From positions 2,528,001 to 2,592,000 of the forward strand of contig CBDBCY010000004.1 in the NCBI GenBank assembly GCA_965203555.1: a DNA stretch of 64,000 bases, in the 5' to 3' direction. This document shows, piece by piece, positions 9,623 through 20,395 of the stretch (positions are counted from its first letter, which is position 1; every line of letters starts with the position of its first letter). A program made the position numbers and the translations under genes. A model generated the notes under the pieces. The model ran no database searches. It saw nothing but the letters and a program-made list of their open reading frames with translations, and was not told the DNA's origin. This DNA comes from Acidimicrobiia bacterium. GTDB lineage: Bacteria; Actinomycetota; Acidimicrobiia; Spongiisociales; ZC4RG35.

Positions 9623-10029
9623 GTTGAAACTAGCGGGACGGGTGGTCGCAGGATGACTTCTCCGGGATCGGGTGTCATCCAGCATCGGGGGTGTCGCGAA
9701 AAATCCTGGCCGATTGGAGTTGATTCTGTCCCATCCCCATCGCATGCTTGTATGTAGCTGAAACACCTGAAAGGATCCGATTCGACGTCGTCGGTCCGAG
9801 CCAGGGATCATAAGAGTCAACACGCCTCTTGGGCTTGATCCAACGCGTCTTGATCAACGGCAAGGTGGCGGCGGGGGCGGGCCCTGAGTGAAGAGCATCT
9901 TCCAGATTTCACAAGTTAGAGCTGCTTTTCGCGGGGAATGGGGTAGCGGCTGTTGAGAAGAGAGTTTGGCAAATCAAGCACGGCTCTCATTGACCTGGGG
10001 TGGTCGACCCTTGAGGATGGTGGGCTTCT

Positions 10030-11241
10030 TCATTTTCTTTGTTTGATAAGGCGTTTGCGGGTGGGTGGGCGGCGGTAGCGGTTGGTGCGGTGTCGTGGAG
10101 GCCGGTCGGTGGGTGGGCGGCGGAGGGTGTATTTGCCGGTTGGGGTTTTGCGTACCGTCCAGTGTTGGTCGTGGACTTTGTGGTGGCATCTGCTGCACAG
10201 AAGACACATGTTGTCCAGGTCGGTGGCACCCCCGTCTTGCCAGTGGACGATGTGATGCGCCTGGCACCAGGAGGCTTTGGCGCCGCATCCGATGCAGTGT
10301 TTGTCCCGGGCGACCAGCGCGGCCCGCTGGGAACCACTGGCCGTCCGCCGGGCCCTACCCAAATCCAACGGTACCGACGGTCCCGAGAATACGGCGGGGA
10401 GTATCTGAGCGTCGCACGCCAACTGTCGCAGGGTACGGGCGGGCAGGGGGGTTCCGTTCTCGAGGCGAGGATTGCCCAACTGTTGGCTGATCGTGTCGTA
10501 GTCGGCGATCACCAACAATCGCACGCCCTGGGAACCACCGTCTTCTCCTTCCCGAGTAAGGAGCTTGGCTATGGCGTCGGCCATCCGCTGACCCGCAGTA
10601 GCCCGATCGGTGGGGTCTTCTTTGTGCCATAGTTGTTTCATCATGTGAGACACCGCCGTCTCGACCCGGGCACCGGTGACCGGGTCGAACCTCCCGTAAA
10701 GGACGGTCATTCCGTCGTCTTGGTCGGTGGTGATCTTGGCGAACCGGCGGGAACGCTGATGCTCCAACTTCGAAACACCATCATCTCGGGAGCGTTGTTG
10801 TTCGTGTTTGCGTACCATGCGGGCGAACTTGTCAGGAGACTGGGAACGGGCACCGTCCAACAATTCGTCCTCGTTGATGGTTCCCCTCTGGTTGGCGCCC
10901 GCCAGGATACGGGCGTTGTCAGCAGAGATCTCTCCCTTTTGGAAACCTTCCCGCGTCTTGGGCAGTTCCTCCAATTCTTTGGCGGTCTCCACCTCCGACC
11001 GGGCCTTCCGACGGCCCAACAGACCGTCCTCTCGCAATATCGTTTCCACCTTCTCTGTTCCCTGCCGGCGGCGCAGTTCCGACACTGCTTGGGTGCGGAC
11101 CGCCGCCGCTTGGTTCTGGGCGCGGATGGTGGACTGTATACGCTGTTTCAGTTCTTCAACCGACGCATCCACGACCGGCATGGTGGGCGCCAGCAACTTG
11201 GCCAGGTTGGCGGACCGCCGGCGGTTGACTGCTTGTTTCAT
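10030..11241 (-). CDS. DUF222 / HNH endonuclease (13E12-repeat-like) protein
   Basis: LACDA, RDKHCIGC, CQAHHIVHWQDGGATDLDNMCLLCSRCHHKVH; ATG 11241 directly follows a -10 box. Confidence 0.9.
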   Translation of the reverse strand: MKQAVNRRRSANLAKLLAPTMPVVDASVEELKQRIQSTIRAQNQAAAVRTQAVSELRRRQGTEKVETILREDGLLGRRKARSEVETAKELEELPKTREGFQKGEISADNARILAGANQRGTINEDELLDGARSQSPDKFARMVRKHEQQRSRDDGVSKLEHQRSRRFAKITTDQDDGMTVLYGRFDPVTGARVETAVSHMMKQLWHKEDPTDRATAGQRMADAIAKLLTREGEDGGSQGVRLLVIADYDTISQQLGNPRLENGTPLPARTLRQLACDAQILPAVFSGPSVPLDLGRARRTASGSQRAALVARDKHCIGCGAKASWCQAHHIVHWQDGGATDLDNMCLLCSRCHHKVHDQHWTVRKTPTGKYTLRRPPTDRPPRHRTNRYRRPPTRKRLIKQRK

Positions 11242-11247
11242 GTGTAC

Positions 11248-11269
11248 AGTATGCACAGAGGGTGTGACA
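11248..11269 (-). promoter_or_regulatory. PafBC/RecA-NDp-like DNA-damage promoter TGTCAC-N10-CATACT
   Basis: Resembles the actinobacterial TGTCRG-N10-TAnnnT motif; 6 nt upstream of ATG 11241. Confidence 0.5.
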
Positions 11270-11376
11270 AAACACCCCGCATATTGCTAAGTTGTGAAAA
11301 CAAACACTAAAATACCGAAAAATCTCACCCCAGAGGTCTACGGCTACCGAAAAGCACCCACCGGGCGCCAGCAAAG

Positions 11377-11398
11377 AAACCGGCCTCGCGGTCGGTTT
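11377..11398. terminator. Stem-loop AAACCGGCC-TCGC-GGTCGGTTT, possible terminator
   Basis: 9-bp stem with one G-U pair and A/T ends, in the divergent intergenic region. Confidence 0.3.
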
Positions 11399-11511
11399 GC
11401 GTTACTCGCTTTTCATCACCTTCCCCTCATCCACAACACTCTCCGAAACGTGGACACGCCCTAGTCTCCGTTAGGAAAGTTCGAATCCGGTTTACTGCCT
11501 TGGAGACCATC

Positions 11512-12876
11512 ATGCTCTCATCCAAGACCCTCCTGCTCCGCAATGCAGACCGATTGGTGACCATGGATGATGACGACACCGAGATGGTGGATGGAGGGCT
11601 TTTTGCCAGGGATGGGTGGATCGAGCAGGTGGGCTCCACCTCCAGCCTCCCCGACACCGCCGATGAGGTGATCGACTGCCGGGGGCAGGTGGTGATTCCC
11701 GGACTGGTGAACACCCATCACCACTTCTTCCAAACTCTTACCCGCGCCATGGCCCAGGATGCTGAATTGTTTGACTGGCTGGTGGAGTTGTACCCCGTGT
11801 GGTCCGATCTGACACCCGACCACGTCCGGGTCTCCACTGTCACCGCCTTGGCGGAGTTGGCGCTGTCGGGTTGTACCACTGCCTTCGATCACCATTACTT
11901 CTGGCCCAACGGCTCGACCCTGGAGGATCAGGTAGAAGCGGCCGAGAAGGTGGGGATCCGCTTCCACGTCTCCCGGGGTTCAATGAGCGTGGGTCGCTCC
12001 CAGGGCGGCCTCCCGCCCGATGAGTGGGTGGAGGACGAGGAGGCCATTCTGGCCGACTGCACCCGGGTGGTGTCCCGGTATCACGACTCTTCACCGGGCG
12101 CCATGACTCAGGTGGTGATTGCTCCCTGTTCGCCTTTCACGGTGAGTCCCGATCTGATGCGGGAATCCGCCGCCTTGGCTCGCTCCCTGGGCGTGAGACT
12201 CCACACGCATCTCGCCGAGACTCTTGACGAGGAGCGGTACTGCCAGGAGTTGTACGGGATGAAACCGGTGGAGTACGCCGAGCATGTGGATTGGCTGGGC
12301 GATGATGTCTGGTTTGCCCACGCCGTCCATGTCTCGGAACGGGACATCTCGGTCATGGCGGTCACCAAGACGGGCGTCGGTCACTGTCCGACCTCCAACA
12401 TGCGCCTGTCCTCCGGCGCCGCTCCTCTGATGCGGTACTTGGAAAGTGGCGTGCCGGTGGGCTTGGGAGTGGACGGATCGGCGTCCAACGATTCCTCGCA
12501 TATGTTGGCGGAAGCTCGTCAGGCGTTGCTTGCTGCCCGGTTGGCGCGGGCCATAGAGGGCTCGAAGGCGCCGATGCTGACCGCTCGATCGGCGTTGCGA
12601 GTGGCTACCAGGGGAGGCGCCGAGGTGTTGGGAAGGACTGATATCGGGTCACTTGAAGCAGGTAAGGCTGCCGACATCGCCTGTTTTCGCACCGATGGCC
12701 TGGCCATGGCAGGCGCCCACGATCCGGTGGCTGCTCTGGTGCTCTCCGGCCCCTATCAAGCCGATCGGCTAATAGTCCACGGCCGAACCGTGGTGGTGGA
12801 AGGACAGTTGGTGGATTTGGAGATGGGGCCACACCTTGAAACCCACCGCCGGCTGGCTCTTCATCTAACCAAGTAG
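11512..12876 (+). CDS. 8-oxoguanine deaminase-like amidohydrolase (AtzB/TrzA family)
   Basis: PGLVNTHHHFFQTLTRA, APCSPF, LHTHLAET, HCPTSNMRL and GVDGSASND motifs. Confidence 0.88.
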   Translation: MLSSKTLLLRNADRLVTMDDDDTEMVDGGLFARDGWIEQVGSTSSLPDTADEVIDCRGQVVIPGLVNTHHHFFQTLTRAMAQDAELFDWLVELYPVWSDLTPDHVRVSTVTALAELALSGCTTAFDHHYFWPNGSTLEDQVEAAEKVGIRFHVSRGSMSVGRSQGGLPPDEWVEDEEAILADCTRVVSRYHDSSPGAMTQVVIAPCSPFTVSPDLMRESAALARSLGVRLHTHLAETLDEERYCQELYGMKPVEYAEHVDWLGDDVWFAHAVHVSERDISVMAVTKTGVGHCPTSNMRLSSGAAPLMRYLESGVPVGLGVDGSASNDSSHMLAEARQALLAARLARAIEGSKAPMLTARSALRVATRGGAEVLGRTDIGSLEAGKAADIACFRTDGLAMAGAHDPVAALVLSGPYQADRLIVHGRTVVVEGQLVDLEMGPHLETHRRLALHLTK

Positions 12877-13124
12877 ATGGTTCCCTGGCTCAACGCCCTT
12901 CTTAGGGAGGAGCGATGACTTTATAGCCCATGGTCCTGAGTTGTTCAATAGCAGGATCGGGTCTGCGGTTCACAGCAGCCTCCTTTAATTGGACGGCGTG
13001 GAATGAGTCCCGAGTTCTATCCAGCAACTCTTTCCATTATCTCGGGAATCTGTCGCGAACTCCTCCACTACTTGCGCGAACTCGCGAGCCGGCTTCTCGA
13101 CGTTTACAATCTTTGCGATTCCTG

Positions 13125-13313
13125 CTACTCCCTTACCATCAGCCAGGTCAGCCTGGTCCGTTCGGTCTCAAACTCGTCGGCTTCGGCTTGCTCTCTCAAT
13201 CCCTCGAAGGTATAGCCTGATTGCTCAAGAACCTCACGCATTCTCTGCTTGTAATCAGCGTGGGTCAGCAACACGATGTCGGGGACAAGCAGGCTCGTGT
13301 TCGGAGTGGCCAT
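13125..13313 (-). CDS. Small hypothetical protein (62 aa)
   Basis: AAAGGA RBS before ATG 13313; plausible helical sequence. Confidence 0.5.
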   Translation of the reverse strand: MATPNTSLLVPDIVLLTHADYKQRMREVLEQSGYTFEGLREQAEADEFETERTRLTWLMVRE

Positions 13314-13420
13314 TCGGGTTGTTCCTTTCAGCATCTATCTGACGCAGAGTGCCAAGGGGGATGTGACAGGTTGGCTGACCCACAGCCTCGGGATTTCGAG
13401 AGGGCCTGTTTGCCATGCAA

Positions 13421-16021
13421 CTATGCCGACTCTGCCCGGCGGCGGTGCCACTTTTCCCACAGGGCCAGCATTGACGGCAACACCAGTATCGCGGCGATGA
13501 GGGACAGTCCGACCGCGTAGACCGTTACCTGACCCATCTGCTGGAAGGGCGTGAGCCTGGAACTGATCAGGATCCCGAATCCGGCCATAGTGGTGAAAGC
13601 GGATCCTGCCAGTGCCCCGCCCGTGTGGCGAGATGTCGAGCGCAGAGCGTCATTGAGGTGCTCGAAGCGGGCCCGATCCTCCCCGAATCGACGGGCGATA
13701 TGGATCGTGTACGGTACCCCGATTCCGATTGACAGGGCGGACAGGGTGGCAGTTACCGGTCCGAAGGGAATGCCGGTGGCGTACATCAGTCCATAGGTCC
13801 AGAACACGACCAGAGCCACAGGGACCATGGTGATCACCCCAAGGAACGGTCGGCGATTTTCGAACCAGAAGCTGATCATCAGCACCAGGGTGGCAACGAT
13901 CAGCGTAATGAGCAGCGATGTTGTTTGCGAATCGGCCAACTCTTTGACGATCAGATTGGTGATGATCTCGGTGGAGGTCGCTATCACGCTGATCCCCAGG
14001 TCGGACACCTCCGAGAAGTTCTCCAGAAGGTCGAGCCGCAGTTGTATCGCCCCGGTCTCGCCGGCCTGGGTTCCGATGTCGAAGAGCAGGGCGTCGTAGC
14101 CTGACCCGCTCCGATGGAGAACTCTCCCGGCCTCGTCGGGGGCCGCCTCGTACACGGCGTCCCAGACAGCGGTGACGTCCGCATCGGGGGGACCCTGCAG
14201 ATCGTCACCCAGATTGGCGGCCCGTGCGGCGGAGGCGACTATCTCCGAAGGCGGACCCTGGGGGCCTCCTCTGCTGAGCGAGTTGAGCATGGAAATCGGA
14301 GAGGTGACCGACGCGAAAGAGCCCGCGGGTGTCTGGAACACCAGTACGTTCTCTACGTCCGCCAATCCCGTATTGGCCGCCACCAGGGCGTTGTGAATCC
14401 GCGGTGTTGAAAGGTCCTCTCCCTCGATGAGCACGCTGGTGGATTCGCCCAAGCCTCCTCCGAATTCCTCCTGGAGGATTTCCAGAGCCCGGATTCCGGG
14501 AGCGTCGCCGGGCAGGAAGTCGGTGAATGAAAACCTGGTTTCCAGCTTGGAGAGTCCCCACACTCCCAGGCCCCCGAACACCAGGGCGACCAGAACCACG
14601 AGAACGGGAATCTTCTCCGCCAGTACCGAAGTCCGAGCTATCAGGGAAGGCAGGAAGCGTTCGGAGGAAGCCTTCATGCCCGCTACTGGCAGAGAGCCTT
14701 TGGATTCGACGTGGTGGTCCACTTTCCTGGCCAGGATCAGTACCCGCAGGAAGGCCCAGGAAAGCTTCCCTCTTCTCTCCGTTCGCCGATCAAGTATCTT
14801 GCGGGCCGCCGGAAAGAAGGTGAGCGTCAGGCCGAACGAGGCAAAAATTCCGATGGCCGCCAGGATCCCGAAGTCCTTCAATGCCGGTACCGGGTTGAAA
14901 ATGTTGGTGAGAAAACCGATAGCGGTGGTGACGGTGGCCAGGACCAGGGCTATTCCCACGGTTCCGATGGCCGTGCGAGCGGCGCCGTCCAGGTCCTGCC
15001 CGCGGCCTATCTCCTCTCGATAGCGGGAGGTGATGTGGATTCCGTAATCGACGCCCAATCCGATCAGGAGGATGGGAATGATCTGGGTCACGTTGTTGAA
15101 GGAAGCGATGACTCCGGCCCGTTCCAGCAACACCCCGATGCCCTGCATGAATGTTATGGCGGCGAAGATGGTGAAAAGAGTGAGGAGAGTATCGGCGAGG
15201 GTTCGGCGTCCCGACTGGATCAAAGCGCCCTTCCCGGCCGGCTTGAGCCAGTACACGAAACAAAGAATGACCAAGATGATCAGGGCGGCCATCCCGAACA
15301 GTCGTCCGATCTCGCTGCCGGCATCCCCGGAGTCTTCGAACAGCAGGTTGAAGCTGAAAGGAATGACCTCCAACCCATCGGGAGTGGGTATGGTTCGCAG
15401 GGCTTCCGCCACCTCCGAGTCGTTCGCTATGGCCTGATCGAATGCCTCTTCCTCGATCCCCACCGGCACCTTGGTGAACACCAGGATCAGGCCTGCCTGG
15501 GCCGTCGCCGCGGACGGGTCGCCGTTCTGGCTGACCAGGGAGGCGAACCGCGGGTTGGCCCGCGGTCCCGTCGTTGCCTCGATGTAGAGATTCTTCACGT
15601 CTTCATCGCTGGCTACCGTAACGCCCTTGCGGGTCGCCTGGGTTATGGCCGGATCGAGGTAGCTGAACGAGGCGCCCCTTCCCGGCACGAAGGAGAGGTT
15701 GTCGGACAGGGCCTCGCCGGCCAAGGCGGAATTGATGGCGGTCACCACCTCGTAGGCATCCTTGGTGAAGACGTTGCCTTCTTCCTTGCGAATAATCACC
15801 TGAAGGACGCTCTCCTGGGTGTCGTCGGCGCCGAACAACTCGCTGATTCTGTCAGAGGCCAGCAGTTCCGGGTTGTCAGGGGAAAGACCCTCGTTGCCCT
15901 GGCCTATCTCGACCTGAGTGGCCAGAGCTCCGAAAACTCCGAAGAGAACCAGCGTGGTTGTCACCACCGCCCAAGGCGCTGTGGACACCAAGAACGCGAA
16001 CGCCTTGACGAGTGCTCTCAT
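13421..16021 (-). CDS. MMPL/RND-family transporter
   Basis: Two TM clusters with GLGVDYGIH and GIGVPYTIH motifs plus large extracytoplasmic loops; AAGGAG RBS. Confidence 0.9.
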   Translation of the reverse strand: MRALVKAFAFLVSTAPWAVVTTTLVLFGVFGALATQVEIGQGNEGLSPDNPELLASDRISELFGADDTQESVLQVIIRKEEGNVFTKDAYEVVTAINSALAGEALSDNLSFVPGRGASFSYLDPAITQATRKGVTVASDEDVKNLYIEATTGPRANPRFASLVSQNGDPSAATAQAGLILVFTKVPVGIEEEAFDQAIANDSEVAEALRTIPTPDGLEVIPFSFNLLFEDSGDAGSEIGRLFGMAALIILVILCFVYWLKPAGKGALIQSGRRTLADTLLTLFTIFAAITFMQGIGVLLERAGVIASFNNVTQIIPILLIGLGVDYGIHITSRYREEIGRGQDLDGAARTAIGTVGIALVLATVTTAIGFLTNIFNPVPALKDFGILAAIGIFASFGLTLTFFPAARKILDRRTERRGKLSWAFLRVLILARKVDHHVESKGSLPVAGMKASSERFLPSLIARTSVLAEKIPVLVVLVALVFGGLGVWGLSKLETRFSFTDFLPGDAPGIRALEILQEEFGGGLGESTSVLIEGEDLSTPRIHNALVAANTGLADVENVLVFQTPAGSFASVTSPISMLNSLSRGGPQGPPSEIVASAARAANLGDDLQGPPDADVTAVWDAVYEAAPDEAGRVLHRSGSGYDALLFDIGTQAGETGAIQLRLDLLENFSEVSDLGISVIATSTEIITNLIVKELADSQTTSLLITLIVATLVLMISFWFENRRPFLGVITMVPVALVVFWTYGLMYATGIPFGPVTATLSALSIGIGVPYTIHIARRFGEDRARFEHLNDALRSTSRHTGGALAGSAFTTMAGFGILISSRLTPFQQMGQVTVYAVGLSLIAAILVLPSMLALWEKWHRRRAESA

Positions 16022-16054
16022 CGAACCTTGACTCCTTCCGGCCACCATCGCGGG

Positions 16055-16076
16055 GGTACGTGACTGCTCACGTACC
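16055..16076. promoter_or_regulatory. Perfect palindrome GGTACGTGA-CTGC-TCACGTACC, candidate operator
   Basis: 9-bp inverted repeat just upstream of the MMPL gene in the divergent intergenic region. Confidence 0.45.
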
Positions 16077-16273
16077 GAGACTATGGTGATTTTCGCTCTA
16101 TATTGAATTGGATATATGGCAAGAGAGCGTCGCTGAAGGGTCCTTTACCTTCTGGTCCGGGTCGTGATAAACTGAGTGGATAATTTGAGGAGCCGACTAC
16201 AAACCACAGATAGTTTCTGCGTCGCGCTTTTCGGCCGTTTTTCTGATGTTTTCCGTGTGATCGGGGAAGTGGA

Positions 16274-17512
16274 ATGGCCGCGACGGTGACTGCTACGCTC
16301 TCCAGTTCCCAGAGGCAGTTGTTCGGTGGTGTTTACGATGACGAGCCTGCCCACGACGTTCATACTGAACTCGAGGGTTCCGGGGACCTGGAGTTGGTTG
16401 ACGATATTTCGTCGGAGCAGATTGGTCAAGATCCCGACCCGGCGCAGTACAACGAGAACGGATATGTGGAGATCGAGCCGTCAGGTTTCGTGGACTCCTA
16501 CAGCCCTCCGGCAATAGAGGGGGACTTTCGGGGCAAGCACATCGTCACCGTCGAGCAATTCGGCCGGGATGACCTGAGGGTTCTTTTCGAGGCGGCTTCC
16601 ACCTTGAAAAAACGGATCAGGTCCGGAGACAGGGGGGTGGTGGAGATCGCCACCGGTCAGGTCCTGGCGTTGCTGTTTTTCGAGTCCAGCACCCGGACCG
16701 ACATGTCTTTTCAAGCCGCCATGCTCAGATTGGGCGGCAAGGTGATCGGCGCCTCCAATGGCATCCAGTTTTCTTCCGTTTACAAGGGGGAGGACCTTCC
16801 CGACACCGTCAGAGCGGCGGGATGCTACGCAGACGTGATCGCCCTGCGACACCCGCAGGTGGGGGCGTCCTACCTCGCCGCCCACTACCTGGATTTGCTG
16901 GCCGAAAAGATTGGTCGGCGGTCGGTGGTGATCAGCGCCGGCGATGGCGTCGGGGAACATCCGACTCAGGCTCTCTTGGACCTGTTCACAATTCTGGAGT
17001 CCAAGGGAACGGTCGACGGGCTGGCCATCACGATGGTGGGGGATCTGAAACATGGCCGAACCGTTCACTCTCTGGCCAAGTTGCTGGCCACCTACGGGGC
17101 CAGGGAAACCAAGGTCAATTTCGTCTCGCCGCACTCATTGATGATGCCGACCGCCATCGTCCGGCGTTTGAAGGAAGCGAACATATCGGTGAGGGAGACC
17201 GCCGGCTTGGATGACGTGTTGGGCACATCGGAGGTGATCTACTGGACCAGGGTGCAGGAGGAGCGATTCGCCGATCCAGCCGACTACGATCAGGTCAAAG
17301 CGGGCTTCATAATGACCCCCGGCATCATGGATAGAGCCCGCAGGGACGCCATCTTGATGCACCCTCTGCCTCGCAAGCATGAGATGGGAGGCCCCAGCGA
17401 CCACGATTTGCTGGATGCTGACCCCCGTTCGGCCTATTTCCAGCAGATGGAGAATGGAATGCTGGTAAGGATGGCACTGTTGGCCAAGCTCCTCAAAGGG
17501 GTTCACATATAG
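16274..17512 (+). CDS. pyrB: Aspartate carbamoyltransferase catalytic subunit, N-terminally extended
   Basis: FFESSTRT, KGEDLPDT, EHPTQALLD, GDLKHGRTVHSL, TRVQEER and MHPLP motifs. Confidence 0.9.
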   Translation: MAATVTATLSSSQRQLFGGVYDDEPAHDVHTELEGSGDLELVDDISSEQIGQDPDPAQYNENGYVEIEPSGFVDSYSPPAIEGDFRGKHIVTVEQFGRDDLRVLFEAASTLKKRIRSGDRGVVEIATGQVLALLFFESSTRTDMSFQAAMLRLGGKVIGASNGIQFSSVYKGEDLPDTVRAAGCYADVIALRHPQVGASYLAAHYLDLLAEKIGRRSVVISAGDGVGEHPTQALLDLFTILESKGTVDGLAITMVGDLKHGRTVHSLAKLLATYGARETKVNFVSPHSLMMPTAIVRRLKEANISVRETAGLDDVLGTSEVIYWTRVQEERFADPADYDQVKAGFIMTPGIMDRARRDAILMHPLPRKHEMGGPSDHDLLDADPRSAYFQQMENGMLVRMALLAKLLKGVHI

Positions 17513-17581
17513 CGCCTGCACCAAGTTCGCCGCGGGCCGGCGGATGGCGTCGCGAGGGTGGCTTGAGAACCGGGGGATAAC

Positions 17582-18787
17582 ATGGGAACGGTGATCACCG
17601 AATTCCTGCTTCCCGACATCGGCGATGGGTTGACCGAAGCCGAAGTAGTGCGGTGGCTGGTGCAGGAGGGTGCCCAGGTCGACCGGGACGAGCCGCTGGT
17701 CGAGGTGGAGACCGACAAGGCGGTGGTGGTGATACCCTCCCCGGTGGCCGGGACCGTCCTCCGTCACGGGGCCGGGCAGGGTGAGACCATGGCGGTGGGG
17801 GCGGTGCTGGCTACGATCGCCTCACCCGGGGAGGAACCCTCCGATTCCGCCCCGCCCGGAGGGCCGCGGCGCCAAGAGCCTCGCCAACCGGAAAAATACC
17901 CGGCCGCGGGGACCCGGGAGGAGACTGCGGAAGTGAAAGCCCTGCCGGTGGTGCGTCGCCTCGCCCGGCAAAAGGGAGTTGACCTGGGGGCGGTACGCGG
18001 TTCCGGCCCGGGAGGTCGGATCACCCGGGAAGATGTCCTGGCTGCAGCCCGCCCGAGCAGAACTCCGCCTGCTGTCAGGCAACCACCCTCACCCCCACCG
18101 GCGACCGAGGGTGATGAACGACGGCCGCTCACCAGGCTGCAAAAGACCATCGCTGCCAATATGAGACGTTCGTGGTCGGAGATTCCGCACGTGACCACCT
18201 TCGACGAGGTGGACGCCACCCGGCTGATGGGGGCTCGGAAAGCTCTGGCGGGGCGGCATGGTTCGCCGGTGGCGGTCGACGCCATGGTTATAGCCGCGAT
18301 TATCCCGGCTCTCCGTCGGTATCCCGAGTTCAACTCCACCCTGGACGGCGGCTTTTTGTCGGTTCATTCCGCGTGTCACGTCGGAGTGGCGATCAACGCT
18401 GCGGATGGCCTGCTGGTCGGGGTGGTGCGCGACGCGGAACGAATGTCGATCATGCAGTTGGCGGTCGCAACCGCAAGTCTGGCGGAACGGGGCAAAGCCC
18501 GTACCCTCGGTTTGAGCGAACTCACCGGCCAGACCTTCACAGTCAGCAACATCGGCGCGCTGGGAGGTGGTTTCGGGACTCCCATAGTCCCACCCGACAA
18601 CACGGCCATCCTGGCAGTGGGGAAAGTCACCGACCAACCGCGGGTGGAAGGTGGAGAGGTGGTGGTGAGACCGATGATGCCCCTTTCACTCTCTTTCGAT
18701 CACCGGGTCATCGATGGGGCGTTGAGCCGGCGCTTCATGGATATGGTGATAGAGAATCTTTCGGAACCGGCCCTTTTCCTAGCCTGA
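17582..18787 (+). CDS. 2-oxoacid dehydrogenase E2 (dihydrolipoamide acyltransferase)
   Basis: Lipoyl domain VETDKA, E3-binding [17 protein letters not shown]. Confidence 0.93.
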   Translation: MGTVITEFLLPDIGDGLTEAEVVRWLVQEGAQVDRDEPLVEVETDKAVVVIPSPVAGTVLRHGAGQGETMAVGAVLATIASPGEEPSDSAPPGGPRRQEPRQPEKYPAAGTREETAEVKALPVVRRLARQKGVDLGAVRGSGPGGRITREDVLAAARPSRTPPAVRQPPSPPPATEGDERRPLTRLQKTIAANMRRSWSEIPHVTTFDEVDATRLMGARKALAGRHGSPVAVDAMVIAAIIPALRRYPEFNSTLDGGFLSVHSACHVGVAINAADGLLVGVVRDAERMSIMQLAVATASLAERGKARTLGLSELTGQTFTVSNIGALGGGFGTPIVPPDNTAILAVGKVTDQPRVEGGEVVVRPMMPLSLSFDHRVIDGALSRRFMDMVIENLSEPALFLA

Positions 18788-18794
18788 GGAGACT

Positions 18795-20375
18795 ATGACT
18801 GAATACCTGATAACCGGACCTGCTACTTCCCATAGTGCGGAGGTCCTGACCACCGAAGCCGCATCTCTCGTCGCCGATGTCCATCGGGAATTCGACGCCC
18901 GTCGTCGGCAGTTGCTCGACATGAGGATGGAGCGGCAAGAAGACTTCGACCGCGGCGTTCGGCCCGACTTCCTGCCGGAGACGCGTTCTGTTCGCGAAGG
19001 GGAATGGATGGTGGATCCGGTCCCGGCCACCCTGGCTGATCGCAGGGTGGAAATAACCGGACCGGTTGACGCCAAGATGGTGATCAACGCCCTCAATTCG
19101 GGCGCCAAGATGTTCATGGCCGACTTCGAGGACGCCACGTCGCCCACCTGGGAAAACCTGGTGGAGGGTCAGTACAACCTGCTGGAAGCGCAACTGGGCA
19201 CCCTGAAGCTGGACACCCCCCGCAAGTCCTACCAACTGGCGGAGGACACGGCCACCCTGCTGGTGCGACCCAGGGGGTGGCACCTTCCCGAGAAACACTT
19301 CCAGGTGGATGGCCGGCCGGTTTCCGGCGCTCTGTTCGACTTTACTCTCTACATGTATCACGGCGGTCGCGCCGCCCTGGAAATGGGCAGTGGTCCGTTC
19401 TTCTACCTTCCCAAACTGGAGTCACATCTGGAGGCGCGTCTGTGGAACGACGTGATCTGCTACATATCGGAGCGGTTGGGGATTCCAGTGGGCACGGTCA
19501 AGGTCACGGTGCTGATCGAAACCATCACGGCTGCCTTCGAGATGGAAGAAATCCTCTATGAACTGCGAAACCACTCCGCAGGGCTGAATGCCGGCCGGTG
19601 GGACTACATATTCAGCTTCATCAAGAAGTTTCGCAACCATGCCGCCTACGTTCTGCCCGACCGGTCCCAGGTCACCATGACCGCGCCGTTCATGGACGCC
19701 TACACCGAATTGGGGGTGGCGACCTGTCACCGTCGCGGCGCTCATGCCATGGGCGGAATGGCGGCTTTCATCCCCAATCGCCGCGATCCGGAAGTGACCG
19801 AGAAGGCTTTGGCGGCGGTGGCGGCCGACAAACGGCGGGAAGCCGAGGCCGGCTGCGACGGCACCTGGGTGGCCCATCCCGATCTGATTCCGGTTGCGAT
19901 GGATGAATTCGATCGGGTCCTGGGAGACCGTCCCAATCAGCTGGATCGACAGCGAGATGATGTGGATGTCACGGCAGAAGATCTGTTGAACCCGCAGATC
20001 GAGGGTGGCGCCATAACCGAGGACGGGGTCAGGACCAACGTTTCGGTGGGCATCCGGTACATGGCCGCATGGCTGACCGGCCGAGGGGCCGCCGCGATAG
20101 ACAATCTGATGGAGGACGCAGCCACTGCTGAAATCTCCCGTTCCCAGATCTGGCAGTGGGTGCGTCACGGGGCTTGTCTTGACAGCGGCAGGGCGGTGAC
20201 GGCGACGATGGTGCGGGACATCGCGTCGGAGGAGTTGTCCCGAATCCGGGAAACCGTCGGTGAGGACAGCTACCGGGCAGGCCGTTTTCAGCGGGCCTGG
20301 GAGATATTCTCCGAGGTGGCCCTGGAGGACGAGTTCGTAGAGTTCCTCACCCTACCCGCCTATCCCGACCTCTAA
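18795..20375 (+). CDS. aceB: Malate synthase A
   Basis: [31 protein letters not shown] and [15 protein letters not shown] motifs. Confidence 0.96.
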   Translation: MTEYLITGPATSHSAEVLTTEAASLVADVHREFDARRRQLLDMRMERQEDFDRGVRPDFLPETRSVREGEWMVDPVPATLADRRVEITGPVDAKMVINALNSGAKMFMADFEDATSPTWENLVEGQYNLLEAQLGTLKLDTPRKSYQLAEDTATLLVRPRGWHLPEKHFQVDGRPVSGALFDFTLYMYHGGRAALEMGSGPFFYLPKLESHLEARLWNDVICYISERLGIPVGTVKVTVLIETITAAFEMEEILYELRNHSAGLNAGRWDYIFSFIKKFRNHAAYVLPDRSQVTMTAPFMDAYTELGVATCHRRGAHAMGGMAAFIPNRRDPEVTEKALAAVAADKRREAEAGCDGTWVAHPDLIPVAMDEFDRVLGDRPNQLDRQRDDVDVTAEDLLNPQIEGGAITEDGVRTNVSVGIRYMAAWLTGRGAAAIDNLMEDAATAEISRSQIWQWVRHGACLDSGRAVTATMVRDIASEELSRIRETVGEDSYRAGRFQRAWEIFSEVALEDEFVEFLTLPAYPDL

Positions 20376-20395
20376 TTCTTTCGTAGGATTCTGCC

